Positions 1 through 14,696 of a stretch of 64,000 bases of DNA are shown one piece after another (position 1 is the first letter of the stretch; the number at the start of each line of letters is the position of its first letter). Below the pieces are notes generated by a model that searched no databases, was not told the origin of the DNA, and saw only the letters and a list, made by a program, of their open reading frames with translations. The position numbers were made by a program, and so were the translations under genes. Source of the stretch: an uncultured Gammaproteobacteria bacterium (GTDB lineage Bacteria; Pseudomonadota; Gammaproteobacteria; CAWCPV01); NCBI GenBank assembly GCA_963797555.1, contig CAWCPV010000005.1, positions 253,953 to 317,952 on the forward strand, in the 5' to 3' direction.

Positions 1-366
1 TTCGAGCTGTTGCGCCGACCGGGAGTCGGGTACCGTTCGTTGCTATCCGCCGCCTCGGCCGAGTCGGCCGCCTGCGAGCCAGAGGTGGCGCAGCAGGTGG
101 AGATTCAGGCCAAATACACCGGTTACATCGAGAGGCAACACGCCGAGGTCCGGCGCCAGCGGCGTAACGACGAGACTCCGTTACCCGTGGACTTCGATTA
201 CCAGGCTGTCCGCGGACTGTCGACGGAAGCGCGTGAGAAGCTGGCCGCGATCCGGCCGGTCACGGTGGGACAGGCGGCGCGCATCCCCGGCGTCACCCCC
301 GCCGCGGTCTCACTGTTGCTCGTGCACTTGAGAAAGCATTCCCATGGCTGGCGACAATCGGCATGA
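1..366 (+). CDS. mnmG: tRNA uridine-5-carboxymethylaminomethyl modification enzyme MnmG/GidA, 3' end (partial)
   Basis: C-terminal motifs EIQAKYTGYIERQ, GLSTEAREKL and QAARIPGVTPAAVSLLLVHL; lies upstream of rsmG. Confidence 0.95.
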   Translation, partial: FELLRRPGVGYRSLLSAASAESAACEPEVAQQVEIQAKYTGYIERQHAEVRRQRRNDETPLPVDFDYQAVRGLSTEAREKLAAIRPVTVGQAARIPGVTPAAVSLLLVHLRKHSHGWRQSA

Positions 367-1012
367 GCGCCAGGGCCTGCAGCGACAACTCGGCGATGGG
401 CTCGCCGACCTGGGAGTCGTCCTGGATCGCGAGACCCAGGATCGACTTCTGGCATTCCTGGAACTCCTGCGGCGGTGGAGTAGAGTCTATAATCTGACCG
501 CAGTGACCAACCCCCGCGAGATGCTCGTCCGGCATGTGTTGGACAGCCTCTCCATCGCGGCTGACCTGCAGGGACCGCGCATCCTGGACGTCGGCACGGG
601 CGCGGGTCTGCCGGGAATTCCCTTGTCGCTGGCATGTCCGGAGTCGGAGTTTATTCTTCTGGACAGCAGCGGGAAGAAGGTGAGGTTCGTGACGCAAGCG
701 GTGGCGGAGCTCTGCCTGCGCAACGTTGCCGTGGCGCATGCACGTGTGGAGGAATACCGCGTACCCCCCGTGGACACCATAGTTGTGCGCGCCTTTTCGA
801 GCCTGTCCGAGCTGCTGCCCCGCGTCGCACACTTGACCCACCGGCGCACCCAGTTGCTGGCGATGAAAGGCCGTTTTCCGGACGAGGAACTGGCCGCATT
901 GCCCTGCGGGTTCGTGGTCGACGGAGTCCGCCGGGTCCGTGTGCCTGGCCTCCTCGCGCAAAGACACGTGGTGCGCTTGAGCGCGGGGCGGGATCGGGCG
1001 ACCGGCCCATGA
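344..1012 (+). CDS. rsmG: 16S rRNA m7G527 methyltransferase RsmG/GidB
   Basis: WSRVYNLTAV, HVLDSL and LDVGTGAGLPGIPL motifs; synteny. Confidence 0.95.
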   Translation: MAGDNRHERQGLQRQLGDGLADLGVVLDRETQDRLLAFLELLRRWSRVYNLTAVTNPREMLVRHVLDSLSIAADLQGPRILDVGTGAGLPGIPLSLACPESEFILLDSSGKKVRFVTQAVAELCLRNVAVAHARVEEYRVPPVDTIVVRAFSSLSELLPRVAHLTHRRTQLLAMKGRFPDEELAALPCGFVVDGVRRVRVPGLLAQRHVVRLSAGRDRATGP

Positions 1013-1836
1013 CGCGCACCATCGCCATCGCCAATCAGAAGGGTGGCGTAGGGAAGACCACCACCGGCATCAATCTCGCGGCCTCCATTGCCGCGTTCCA
1101 CCGCCGCGTGCTGCTGGTCGACTTGGACCCCCAGGGGAACGCGACCATGGGCAGTGGCGTGGACAAACACCGCCTGCAGCACAGCAGCTACGACGTGCTG
1201 ATCAAGGGGCTGCCGGTCGCCGAGGCCACCGTGACAGCCTTACATGCTGGTTATTGTCTGGTACCGGCAAACGGCGACCTGATCGCCGCAGACGTGGAAC
1301 TGCTCCAACTGGACCAGGGGGAACACCGCCTGCGGCTGGCTCTTGAGCGCGTGAGCGGGGACTATGACTTCGTCCTTGTGGACTGCCCGCCGGCGCTCAA
1401 TATGTTGACCGTCAATGCGCTGGTGGCGGCGCGCGGGGTAATCATCCCCGTCCAGTGCGAATACTATGCTCTGGAAGGCTTGACCTCACTGCTGGACAGC
1501 GTCGAGACTGTGCGTGCGACGCTGAACCCTCAGCTCGAAGTGCAGGGGCTGCTGCGTACCATGTATGACGTTCGGAATAGCCTGGCGGATCAGGTCTCGG
1601 CGCAACTGTTGGAGCACTTCGAGAGCAAGGTCTACCGCACCTTGATACCGCGCAACGTGCGCTTGGCCGAGGCCCCCAGCCATGGCATGCCGGTTCTGCT
1701 GTACGATCGAACCTCGCGCGGCGCGCAGGCGTATCTCGCCCTGGCTGGGGAGCTTTTGCACCAGGATACACGGGCCCGCGTGGCAGGGTTGTTGAACAAC
1801 GTGAGCCACGGACCGGCCGCGGTGGCTGGGAGCTGA
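1009..1836 (+). CDS. parA: Chromosome partitioning ATPase ParA/Soj
   Basis: IANQKGGVGKTTT Walker A, DLDPQGNAT, QCEYYALEG, PRNVRLAEAPSHG; ATG at 1009 overlaps the rsmG stop. Confidence 0.95.
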   Translation: MTRTIAIANQKGGVGKTTTGINLAASIAAFHRRVLLVDLDPQGNATMGSGVDKHRLQHSSYDVLIKGLPVAEATVTALHAGYCLVPANGDLIAADVELLQLDQGEHRLRLALERVSGDYDFVLVDCPPALNMLTVNALVAARGVIIPVQCEYYALEGLTSLLDSVETVRATLNPQLEVQGLLRTMYDVRNSLADQVSAQLLEHFESKVYRTLIPRNVRLAEAPSHGMPVLLYDRTSRGAQAYLALAGELLHQDTRARVAGLLNNVSHGPAAVAGS

Positions 1837-1847
1837 GGCGCCACGCC

Positions 1848-2713
1848 ATGGCGGTCAGGAAGCATGGGCTCGGCCGAGGACTGGATGCTCTGTTGGGGGC
1901 CGCGGCGCGGGCTCAGGCCCCGGAAGCCTCCGCCGGGGAGGTACACGCGCTGCCGGTGCACAAGATTCGGCGCGGGCGCTTTCAACCGCGGGTCGACATC
2001 TCGGCACAGAGCCTCCAAGAGCTGGCCGACTCGATACGTGCTCAAGGTGTGGTCCAGCCGGTGGTGGTGCGAAGTTTGCCCGACGGGGACGGATTCGAGC
2101 TGATTGCCGGGGAGCGTCGCTGGCGTGCCGCACAGCTCGCGGGACTGCAGGAGATTCCGGCAGTGCTCCGGGAGGTTCCGGACCAAGCCGCGCTCGCCAT
2201 CGGCCTCATCGAGAACATCCAGCGCGAGGACTTAAGCCCGCTAGAGGAGGCCAACGCCTTGCAGCGCCTTGCCGAGGAATTCGGGCTCACCCACCAAGAG
2301 GTGGCAGAGGCCGTGGGACGCTCGCGGGCGGCGGTGACCAACCTGCTCCGACTTTTGGATTTCCTGCCGAGGTGAAGCAGTTGCTCCAGGAGCGCCGGAT
2401 TGAGATGGGCCACGCCCGGGCCCTGCTGGGACTGGCAGACCACGCTCAGCAGATTGAGGCGGCGCGCCGGGCAATCGCCAAGGGGCTGTCCGTCAGGGAG
2501 ACCGAGGCGTTGGTCAGGCACCTTCAGGACGGAGAACGCCCGGCGCACCGCGACAGGCGCCTGGACCCGGACGTCCTCAGGTTGCAGGAAGACCTATCGC
2601 AGCGGCTGGGGGCGGCCGTCGTTCTCCAGCAGAGTCCCAAAGGGAAGGGAAAGCTCGTCATCCACTACAACAGCCTGGAAGAGCTGGACGGCATCCTGCT
2701 GCGCATTCACTGA
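1848..2713 (+). CDS. parB: Chromosome partitioning protein ParB, split by a one-base frameshift near 2362 (probably a sequencing error)
   Basis: GLGRGLDALL, AGERRWRA, ENIQREDL and HTH in ORF 1848-2375; C-terminus (MGHARALL, GLSVRETE, GKLVIHY) in ORF 2372-2713. Confidence 0.9.
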
Positions 2714-2754
2714 GTCCTTCCAAAGACCTTACGCCGCGGCGCGTGCAAGCCGCG

Positions 2755-2783
2755 TTGACCCTGGCATGGGGAGTCTTTATACT
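2755..2783 (+). promoter_or_regulatory. Putative sigma70 promoter of the atp operon
   Basis: TTGACC-N17-TATACT upstream of atpI. Confidence 0.65.
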
Positions 2784-2853
2784 GCCTCAGCCGCACGGGC
2801 CGAGGCGGCAACGTCCGTTTGCGTCCTAGAGATCGTCTCCTGCCTTGACATAG

Positions 2854-4032
<1,179 letters not shown>

Positions 4033-4091
4033 ATGGGCTCACCATGTATCGGACACTTCCCACCTTGCCATTCTATCCTAGGAGAGAACCC

Positions 4092-4391
4092 ATGACTGAA
4101 GCCGCAACTACGATGACTCTCGTGACCACGATTTACGCTTACACCAGCCTGGGTGTCGGAGTCATGCTGGCCGCGGCCGGCCTGGGGTCGGCCCTCGGAT
4201 GGGGCCTCATTTGCGCCAAGTACATGGAAGGCGTGGCCCGTCAGCCCGAGATGATGCCTACCCTGCGCATCCAGATGTTTATCACTGCCGGGCTGATGGA
4301 ATCGTTCCCGTTTATCGTGCTCGCCTTCGCGATGTGGTTCGTGTTCGCCAATCCCTTTATCGGGGGTGCCAAGGCGGCCATCGCCGGTTGA
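4092..4391 (+). CDS. atpE: F0 subunit c
   Basis: Gly-rich helix AAGLGSALGWG, ARQPE loop, carboxylate in GLMESFP; GGAG RBS. Confidence 0.95.
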   Translation: MTEAATTMTLVTTIYAYTSLGVGVMLAAAGLGSALGWGLICAKYMEGVARQPEMMPTLRIQMFITAGLMESFPFIVLAFAMWFVFANPFIGGAKAAIAG

Positions 4392-4421
4392 CCAGGCGAG
4401 GGGATCTCAAGGAGTCCGGAC

Positions 4422-4892
4422 GTGAACATTACCGTCAGCTTGTTTGGACAGATGATCACCTTCGCGATCCTGGTGTGGTTCGTCTGGCGATTTCTATGGG
4501 GCCCGCTGACCCAGATGATGGCCGACCGCACGCGCCGCATCGCCGACGGTCTGGCTTCGGCCGAGCGAGGCCGATACGAGCTGGAGCGCGCCGAGGCCCA
4601 CTCCCAGGAGCTTCTGCGGAAGACCAAGGAAGAGGCGGCCGAGATCATGGCACAGGCTCAGCGGCGCGCCGCGGAAGTGGTCGAGGAGGCCAAAGTCCAG
4701 GCCCGCACTGAAGGCGATCGCATGTTGGAAGCGGCCCGCTCTGAGATCGAGACGGAGGTGAACCGGGCCAGGGAGCAGCTCAGGAGCGAGGTGGTCGCGA
4801 TTGCAGTGGCTGGCGCCGCCAAGGTCCTCGGTCGAGAGATCGACGAGAACGCGCACAACGATCTGCTCACCGCGCTCGTCGCCCAGATCTAA
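4422..4892 (+). CDS. atpF: F0 subunit b
   Basis: N-terminal TM (GQMITFAILVWF) followed by a coiled coil (RIADGLASAE). Confidence 0.95.
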   Translation: MNITVSLFGQMITFAILVWFVWRFLWGPLTQMMADRTRRIADGLASAERGRYELERAEAHSQELLRKTKEEAAEIMAQAQRRAAEVVEEAKVQARTEGDRMLEAARSEIETEVNRAREQLRSEVVAIAVAGAAKVLGREIDENAHNDLLTALVAQI

Positions 4893-4903
4893 GCTCCTGG
4901 CCC

Positions 4904-5440
4904 ATGACCGAGCAGACCACGATCGCCCGCCCGTACGCGAAGGCGGCCTTCGAGCTGGCCGAGCAGGAAGCAGATCTCGCCGGCTGGTCCGAGATCCTGG
5001 CGGCCCTGGCGGCGGCGGTTACCCACCCCGATGTGGCTCCCCTCGTCGGGAATCCGCGTGTCGACCAAGGGCAGGTGGTCGACCTGCTCTTGGCCATGGG
5101 CGGTGAGCGATTCAACAAGGATGCGCAGAGCATGTTGCGCCTGATGGCGGACAGCGGGCGACTGCAACTGCTGCCCCGCGTCGCCGCGCTGTTCGACGCG
5201 CTGCGCGCCGAGGCGGAGGGAAGGATGGAGGCCTACGTGGTCTCCGCCCGACCGTTGACCCAGGCTCAGAAACGCAAGATCTCGGAAGCTTTGAAGATGC
5301 GCTTCCAACGCGAGGTCAAGCTGCGGTGCAAGACCGAGCGTGCCTTGATCGGAGGCGCAGTGATCCATGCGGGGGACCTGGTCATCGACGGCTCGGTCCA
5401 GGGGCAGTTGGCGCGCCTCGCGGCCGCACTTACCCGCTAA
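4904..5440 (+). CDS. atpH: F1 subunit delta
   Basis: [11 protein letters not shown] and [18 protein letters not shown]. Confidence 0.96.
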   Translation: MTEQTTIARPYAKAAFELAEQEADLAGWSEILAALAAAVTHPDVAPLVGNPRVDQGQVVDLLLAMGGERFNKDAQSMLRLMADSGRLQLLPRVAALFDALRAEAEGRMEAYVVSARPLTQAQKRKISEALKMRFQREVKLRCKTERALIGGAVIHAGDLVIDGSVQGQLARLAAALTR

Positions 5441-5451
5441 GAGGGAGACAC

Positions 5452-6999
<1,548 letters not shown>

Positions 7000-7011
7000 G
7001 AGCACCGGCGC

Positions 7012-9307
<2,296 letters not shown>

Positions 9308-9337
9308 CAGTCCACGGCTTGCCGGGAGCGGAGAACA

Positions 9338-9763
9338 ATGGCGGATACCTTGCACGTGGACGTGGTGAGCGCCGAGCAGGCCATCTTCTCGGGGCCCGCC
9401 CGCATGGTGGTGGCGCCAGCGGTTATGGGCGATGTGGGTATCCTGCCGCGTCACACGCCTTTGCTGGCCCACCTGCGTCCTGGAACGGTGCGGGTCATTA
9501 CGCCGGAAGGCGAAGAGGAGCCCTACTACATCTCGGGCGGGCTTCTGGAGGTGCAGCCGCACCACGTGACCATCCTGGCGGACACGGCGCTGCGCGCCAG
9601 CGACATCGACGAGGCGGCGGCGCTGGAGGCGAAGCAGCGGGCCGAGGCGTCGCTCCGGGAGCGGGCGACGGAGCAGGATTTGGCGCGGGTGCAGCAGGAG
9701 CTGATGCGCGCCGCAGCCCAACTGCAGACCCTGCAGACCCTGCGCAAGCATCTGAAGCGCTGA
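9338..9763 (+). CDS. atpC: F1 subunit epsilon
   Basis: LHVDVVSAE, GILPRHTPLL, SGGLLEVQP. Confidence 0.96.
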   Translation: MADTLHVDVVSAEQAIFSGPARMVVAPAVMGDVGILPRHTPLLAHLRPGTVRVITPEGEEEPYYISGGLLEVQPHHVTILADTALRASDIDEAAALEAKQRAEASLRERATEQDLARVQQELMRAAAQLQTLQTLRKHLKR

Positions 9764-10251
9764 TGATAGAACGCATCAGCCAGCACAAAGTAGTGTTCTT
9801 CACCTACGAGATCCAGGACCAGGAGGGCGCCGTGTTCGAGCGCTCCGATATACCCATTGGGTACGTGCACGGGGTCCCGGGCCCGCTCTTGGAGGTGCTG
9901 GCGCACCATCTGGAGGGGCATGTAGCGGGTGATGCCCTGACCGTGCGGGTGACTCCCGAGGAAGGGTTCGGCGAGCATCGATCCGATCTGACGTTTACCG
10001 ACGACATCGAGAACGTACCGCCGCAGTTCCGTCATTTAGGCGCCGAGGTGGACTTCCAGAACGAACGAGGCGAGACGTTACACGCGGTCGTCTCCCAGAT
10101 CGAGCGCGGCAGGCTCACTGTAGATGCTAACCACCCCTTGGCCGGCCAGACCGTCACCTTCCGTGTGCGTGTCGTGCAAGTGCGGGATGCTACAGCCCAA
10201 GAGATCGCGAATAGACACCCCGACAGTCCGCTCCCGCCCGTCCTGCACTAA
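9763..10251 (+). CDS. FKBP-type peptidyl-prolyl isomerase, SlyD-like, without the His-rich tail
   Basis: GYVHG, LEGH..GD, PEEGFG and VDANHPLAGQTVTF motifs; ATG overlaps the atpC stop. Confidence 0.85.
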   Translation: MIERISQHKVVFFTYEIQDQEGAVFERSDIPIGYVHGVPGPLLEVLAHHLEGHVAGDALTVRVTPEEGFGEHRSDLTFTDDIENVPPQFRHLGAEVDFQNERGETLHAVVSQIERGRLTVDANHPLAGQTVTFRVRVVQVRDATAQEIANRHPDSPLPPVLH

Positions 10252-10254
10252 GGC

Positions 10255-11628
10255 ATGGGGCTGAGCGTCGTGGTCTTGGCAGCGGGGGAGGGGGCCCGCA
10301 TGCGCTCCGCGCTGCCTAAAGTTCTCCACCCGTTAGCCGGTCGGCCGCTGCTGCACCACGTGCTGGATGCAGCGCGGCAGCTTGCCGCGGACCGCCTATT
10401 GGTCGTATACGGCCACGGCGGCGAAGCCGTGCGCGAGCGTTTCTCCGATTTGCCCATCCACTGGGTGCGCCAGTCGCGCCAGCTGGGGACCGGGCATGCC
10501 TTGGGTCAGGCGCTGCCGGATATCCCGCGCGAAGATTGCGTCTTGGTGCTCTATGGCGACGTGCCCCTTATCCGCACCGGGACGCTCCAGACACTGGTCG
10601 CTGCGGCCAGTGCAGATGATCTGGCATTGCTGACCGCTCACCTCGAAGACCCCACAGGCTATGGCCGGATACTGCGCGACGGTGCCGGCAAGATCGCCGG
10701 AATCGTGGAGGAGCGCGATGCCACCGAGCTCCAGCGCGCCATTCGGGAAGTGAACACCGGCTTTCTGGCCGCACCAGCCCGACGGCTCGGGCCGTGGCTG
10801 GACAGGGTCGAGAACAAGAATGCCCAGGGGGAGTTCTACTTGACCGATGTGGTCGCAGTGGCGCTCGCGGACGGGGCGAGGGTGGCAACGGTGGCGGCGC
10901 CTCGGGTGTGCGAGGTGACCGGCGTCAACGATCGCGTGCAGCTCGCAGCTCTGGAACGGCAGTTCCAGAAGGAACAGGCCGAAACCTTGATGCGCGGGGG
11001 CGTGACCCTGCTCGATCCCACGCGGTTCGACGTGCGGGGAACGGTAGAGGCCGGGACCGACGTGGTGGTCGATGTGGATGTCATCCTGGAAGGTTACGTG
11101 CGTCTCGGCGACCGCGCGCGGATCGGGCCTCATACACTGCTGCGCAACGTGATCGTCGGGGCTGATGTGGAGATTCTGTCCCACTGCGTCGTCGAGGGCG
11201 CAGTTATCGAGGCCGGTTGTCGCGTAGGACCATACTCCCGGGTTCGGCCTCAGACCCACCTGGCGTCCGGTGCACACATTGGGAATTTCGTGGAGCTGAA
11301 GCAGGCGAACGTCGGCGCGCTCAGCAAGATCAATCATTTGAGCTACGTCGGAGACGCGGCGGTAGGTGCGCGAGTGAACATCGGTGCCGGGACCATCACC
11401 TGCAACTACGATGGAGCCGACAAGCACAGTACGGTGATTGGCGACGACGTGTTCATCGGCGCGGACACTCAGTTGGTGGCTCCGGTAACGGTGGGAGCCG
11501 GCGCCACCATCGGTGCGGGCTCCACCATCACCCGTGACGCTCCCGGAGGTGAGCTTACGCTCAGCCGGGCCCCGCAGGTGACGCGTCGCGGCTGGAAGCG
11601 GCCCGTCAAGGCCAAGCGGGACCTGTAG
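10255..11628 (+). CDS. glmU: Bifunctional UDP-GlcNAc pyrophosphorylase/acetyltransferase
   Basis: LAAGEGARMRS, PKVLH, hexapeptide repeats, GAGTITCNYDG. Confidence 0.97.
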   Translation: MGLSVVVLAAGEGARMRSALPKVLHPLAGRPLLHHVLDAARQLAADRLLVVYGHGGEAVRERFSDLPIHWVRQSRQLGTGHALGQALPDIPREDCVLVLYGDVPLIRTGTLQTLVAAASADDLALLTAHLEDPTGYGRILRDGAGKIAGIVEERDATELQRAIREVNTGFLAAPARRLGPWLDRVENKNAQGEFYLTDVVAVALADGARVATVAAPRVCEVTGVNDRVQLAALERQFQKEQAETLMRGGVTLLDPTRFDVRGTVEAGTDVVVDVDVILEGYVRLGDRARIGPHTLLRNVIVGADVEILSHCVVEGAVIEAGCRVGPYSRVRPQTHLASGAHIGNFVELKQANVGALSKINHLSYVGDAAVGARVNIGAGTITCNYDGADKHSTVIGDDVFIGADTQLVAPVTVGAGATIGAGSTITRDAPGGELTLSRAPQVTRRGWKRPVKAKRDL

Positions 11629-11968
11629 CGGACGGCCGCACCGCTGCGCCCAAAGGATATGGCCGCCCTAACCTGGTACGTCGTTCCACCAAAAGGTTAC
11701 GTCACTTCGCCCCGCGGTTCGAAGTTGCGCAGGCGAAAGACGACCGGGGGGGTTGGTTCATATCGGCGATGTTCCTGAGGATGCTGGGTATATGGACCTA
11801 GACGAAGCCCTCGGGCGAGGCGCCGGGTAGGCCATGGTCGCTTTGCAGATGTGACCGACTGGTTATCCAGGATGACCCGGATCACGGTGCCTTGGGGGTA
11901 CGAAGCACGGCCGGCGAACGGCGCTGCGTAGACCGCTTATGGGAACGATGTACTAGGGAGGGTGGGTC

Positions 11969-13801
11969 ATGTGTGGCATCGTTGGTGCTGTGGCTCAACG
12001 CGATGTGGGCGGGATCCTGATCGAGGGCCTCAAACGTTTGGAGTACCGCGGCTACGATTCGGCCGGGCTGGCGGTCCTCAATCAGCATCATCATCTGGAG
12101 CGGGTTCGGACCATTGGCAAGGTCAGCGCCCTGGAGCGCATCTACCGGCAGGACCCGCTTCGTGGGCGCATCGGCGTGGCCCACACGCGCTGGGCGACGC
12201 ATGGCCGCCCCAGCGTCGAGAACGCCCACCCCCAGACCTCCCACGATGCCGTGGCGGTGGTGCACAACGGCATCGTCGAGAACTACGAGGCTCTGCGGGC
12301 GCGGCAGTTGGATGAGGGGTTCGAGTTCACCTCGGAGACCGATACCGAGGTGGTGGTGCACCAGATATACAGCCATCTGCGAGCCGGCATGGGCCTCCTG
12401 GCGGCTGTGCAGACGACCCTGAGGCAGTTGCAGGGCGCCTATGCCATCGGGGTCATATACAGCGGTGAGCCGCAGCGACTAATCGCGGCGCGCGACGGCA
12501 GCCCCCTGGTCGTCGGCCTTGGCATTGGCGAGCACTTCATCGCGTCGGACTCCACGGCGCTCCTTCCGGTCACACAGGAATTCATCTACCTCGAGGACGG
12601 CGACGTTGCGGATATCACCTCGAGCCAGGTGACCGTCTACAGTTCCTCCGGCAAAGCCACTAGCCGCGCCCGCCGGTGCAGTCTGCTCAGCGCAGAGTCG
12701 GTGGAGCGAGGACCCTATCGCCATTACATGCTGAAGGAGATCCATGAGCAGCCACGGGCGGTGCACGAAACGCTCGAAGGGCGTATCAGCGGGGGGCGGG
12801 TGCTGGAGGAGGCGTTCGGGCCTGAGGCCCGGGAGTTGCTCGACCGGGTCCAGCGCCTCCAGATCGTGGCCTGCGGGACGAGCTACCATGCCGGTCTGGT
12901 GGCGCGGTACTGGTGCGAGGCCATCGCCCGGCTACCTTGCCAGGTGGAGGTGGCGAGCGAGTTCCGTTATCGGCGCCCCGTGGTCGAGCCCGGCACGCTG
13001 GTGGTAGCCATCTCGCAATCAGGAGAGACCGCGGACACGCTGGGCGCTCTGCGGGAGGCCCGGGCCCTGGGGTTTGCACACACGCTGGGGGTTTGCAACG
13101 CGCCGGAAAGCGCTCTGGTGCGGGAGGCGGAGCTCGCACTGATGACCCGGGCAGGCCCAGAGATCGGGGTGGCCTCCACCAAGGCATTCACGACCCAGCT
13201 TGTGGCCCTGCTTCTGCTCGTCGTTGCGCTCGGTCGGCGGCGCGGGCTGCAGCCCGAGGCCGAGCGTTCGCTGCTGCGGCAGATCACCGGGCTCCCCGCC
13301 CAGCTCGAGCAGGCATTGAGCCTCGATCCCGTGATCGAGCGCATCTCGGAGCAATTCGCCGACAAGCACCACGCGCTCTTCCTCGGCCGAGGTGCGCACT
13401 ACCCGGTGGCCCTCGAGGGGGCGCTCAAACTCAAGGAGATTTCTTACATCCACGCGGAGGGCTATCCTGCGGGAGAGCTCAAGCACGGCCCGCTCGCCCT
13501 GGTCGACTCCGAAATGCCCGTCGTGGCGGTGGCTCCCAACAACGCGCTGCTGGAGAAGCTGAAGTCCAACCTGCAAGAGGTGCGCGCTCGTGGAAGCAGG
13601 CTTCTGGTGTTCGGCGACAAGAGCGCGGCGTTCTCACCCGGCCTGGACATGGAAGTGGTCAACGTCGCGCCTACCGAGGATCCTATTTCTCCCATCATCT
13701 ACACCATACCCCTTCAGCTCCTCGCGTACCACGTGGCCGTGCTGAAGGGCACCGACGTCGATCAACCGCGCAACCTCGCCAAGTCCGTTACCGTCGAGTG
13801 A
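11969..13801 (+). CDS. glmS: Glutamine-fructose-6-phosphate aminotransferase
   Basis: MCGIVG, LEYRGYDSAG, HTRWATHG, PRNLAKSVTVE. Confidence 0.98.
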   Translation: MCGIVGAVAQRDVGGILIEGLKRLEYRGYDSAGLAVLNQHHHLERVRTIGKVSALERIYRQDPLRGRIGVAHTRWATHGRPSVENAHPQTSHDAVAVVHNGIVENYEALRARQLDEGFEFTSETDTEVVVHQIYSHLRAGMGLLAAVQTTLRQLQGAYAIGVIYSGEPQRLIAARDGSPLVVGLGIGEHFIASDSTALLPVTQEFIYLEDGDVADITSSQVTVYSSSGKATSRARRCSLLSAESVERGPYRHYMLKEIHEQPRAVHETLEGRISGGRVLEEAFGPEARELLDRVQRLQIVACGTSYHAGLVARYWCEAIARLPCQVEVASEFRYRRPVVEPGTLVVAISQSGETADTLGALREARALGFAHTLGVCNAPESALVREAELALMTRAGPEIGVASTKAFTTQLVALLLLVVALGRRRGLQPEAERSLLRQITGLPAQLEQALSLDPVIERISEQFADKHHALFLGRGAHYPVALEGALKLKEISYIHAEGYPAGELKHGPLALVDSEMPVVAVAPNNALLEKLKSNLQEVRARGSRLLVFGDKSAAFSPGLDMEVVNVAPTEDPISPIIYTIPLQLLAYHVAVLKGTDVDQPRNLAKSVTVE

Positions 13802-13880
13802 CGGACCCCTCCGTTTGGGAGAAGCTCCCAGCCTACTCAAAAACCGCGTTGCCCGAGTCGTGGGGCGGCCCGGCCCCGGT

Positions 13881-14510
13881 TCAGGCTGCCCCGGCGTTAT
13901 CGGGAAACAGCCTGTCGAGCACGACCAACAGGTCCCGCTCGGCGGCAGCCAGGGTCACCTCCCGCGTGGACTGGTGCTCGGGCCAGTCGGCGAGGGCGGC
14001 GTCGAGGACGGCGATGGGGGACCAAGGCTGGCCACGTTCGCCGTCGGGGCGCTGGTCGTGGTGCAGGATGCCGGAGCTGCTCCTCGAGGTCCCGGCGCAC
14101 CTCCGCCGGCAGCCCCTCCGGGAAGAATCAGCCGAGCACCGCCGCGTCGTCCTCCAGCCAGGCGGCAACCGGACCACCGACTCGCGGGGGCGCTGCTCCT
14201 TGGTCCGACCGCTGGGGTCGAAGATGCGGAGCTCCGGCGGCAGAGGTTGGCCGGGGCGCAGGCCGTGACGGTGGATCAGGTCCGGGTCGCCCGCATGCTC
14301 GTCGAACCAGTCCAGGGCGTCCGTCCACGTCCAGCCGGTGGCCCTTGTCTTGCGCCTCCTGGGCGGCCTTGCGCCACCAGTGGTCAAGCAGGCTGTGGCA
14401 GCTCGTCCTGGTAGCCCTGGTAGTCCCGCAAGATCAGGGGCTCGGGGCATGCCCTTCTGCCCGACCAGCCGGCGGCGAAACTCGCTCGGGCGCTCGTCGC
14501 CAGCTCGCCG
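13881..14510 (-). pseudogene. Frameshifted C-terminal fragment of an unidentified protein
   Basis: Protein-like segments in alternating frames (..LDWFDEHAGDPDLIHRHG.., ..AWLEDDAAVLG.., ..IAVLDAALADWPEH..LDRLFP); 5' part replaced by the intron remnant. Confidence 0.45.
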
Positions 14511-14682
14511 ATGCGGGCCTGGACCAGAGTGGTTTTGCAAGAGCGCAGCTTTTGACGGTCTGCTGGAATGATTGGCTATGCCTGATGTCGTCGTGTGCTC
14601 CGCTTTTGTGAACCGCCCGGTGCGGACCCGCATGCCGTGGTGGTGTGGGCGCCGGGGGTTAAACACCCCCGGCGTTCCCGAT
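14510..14682 (+). mobile_element. Group IIC (IIC-attC type) intron 3' remnant: decayed RT tail, domain V and domain VI
   Basis: DV GAACCGCCCGGTGCGGACCCGCATGCCGTGGTGGTGT (14610-14646, CGC triad); DVI hairpin GCCGGGGG..CCCCCGGC; ends CCCGAT, followed by TAGGC. Confidence 0.85.
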
Positions 14683-14696
14683 TAGGCAGATACGTT

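Noticed and set aside
4092-4391. Na+-translocating ATP synthase suggested by the 'ES' in subunit c
   Set aside because: The other Na+ ligands are missing (W at the Gln position, F and I at the Thr and Tyr positions), so it is most likely H+-coupled.
13802-13880. Tn7 inserted at attTn7 after glmS
   Set aside because: No TGT-starting end with TnsB repeats at the expected distance, and no tns genes in the window.
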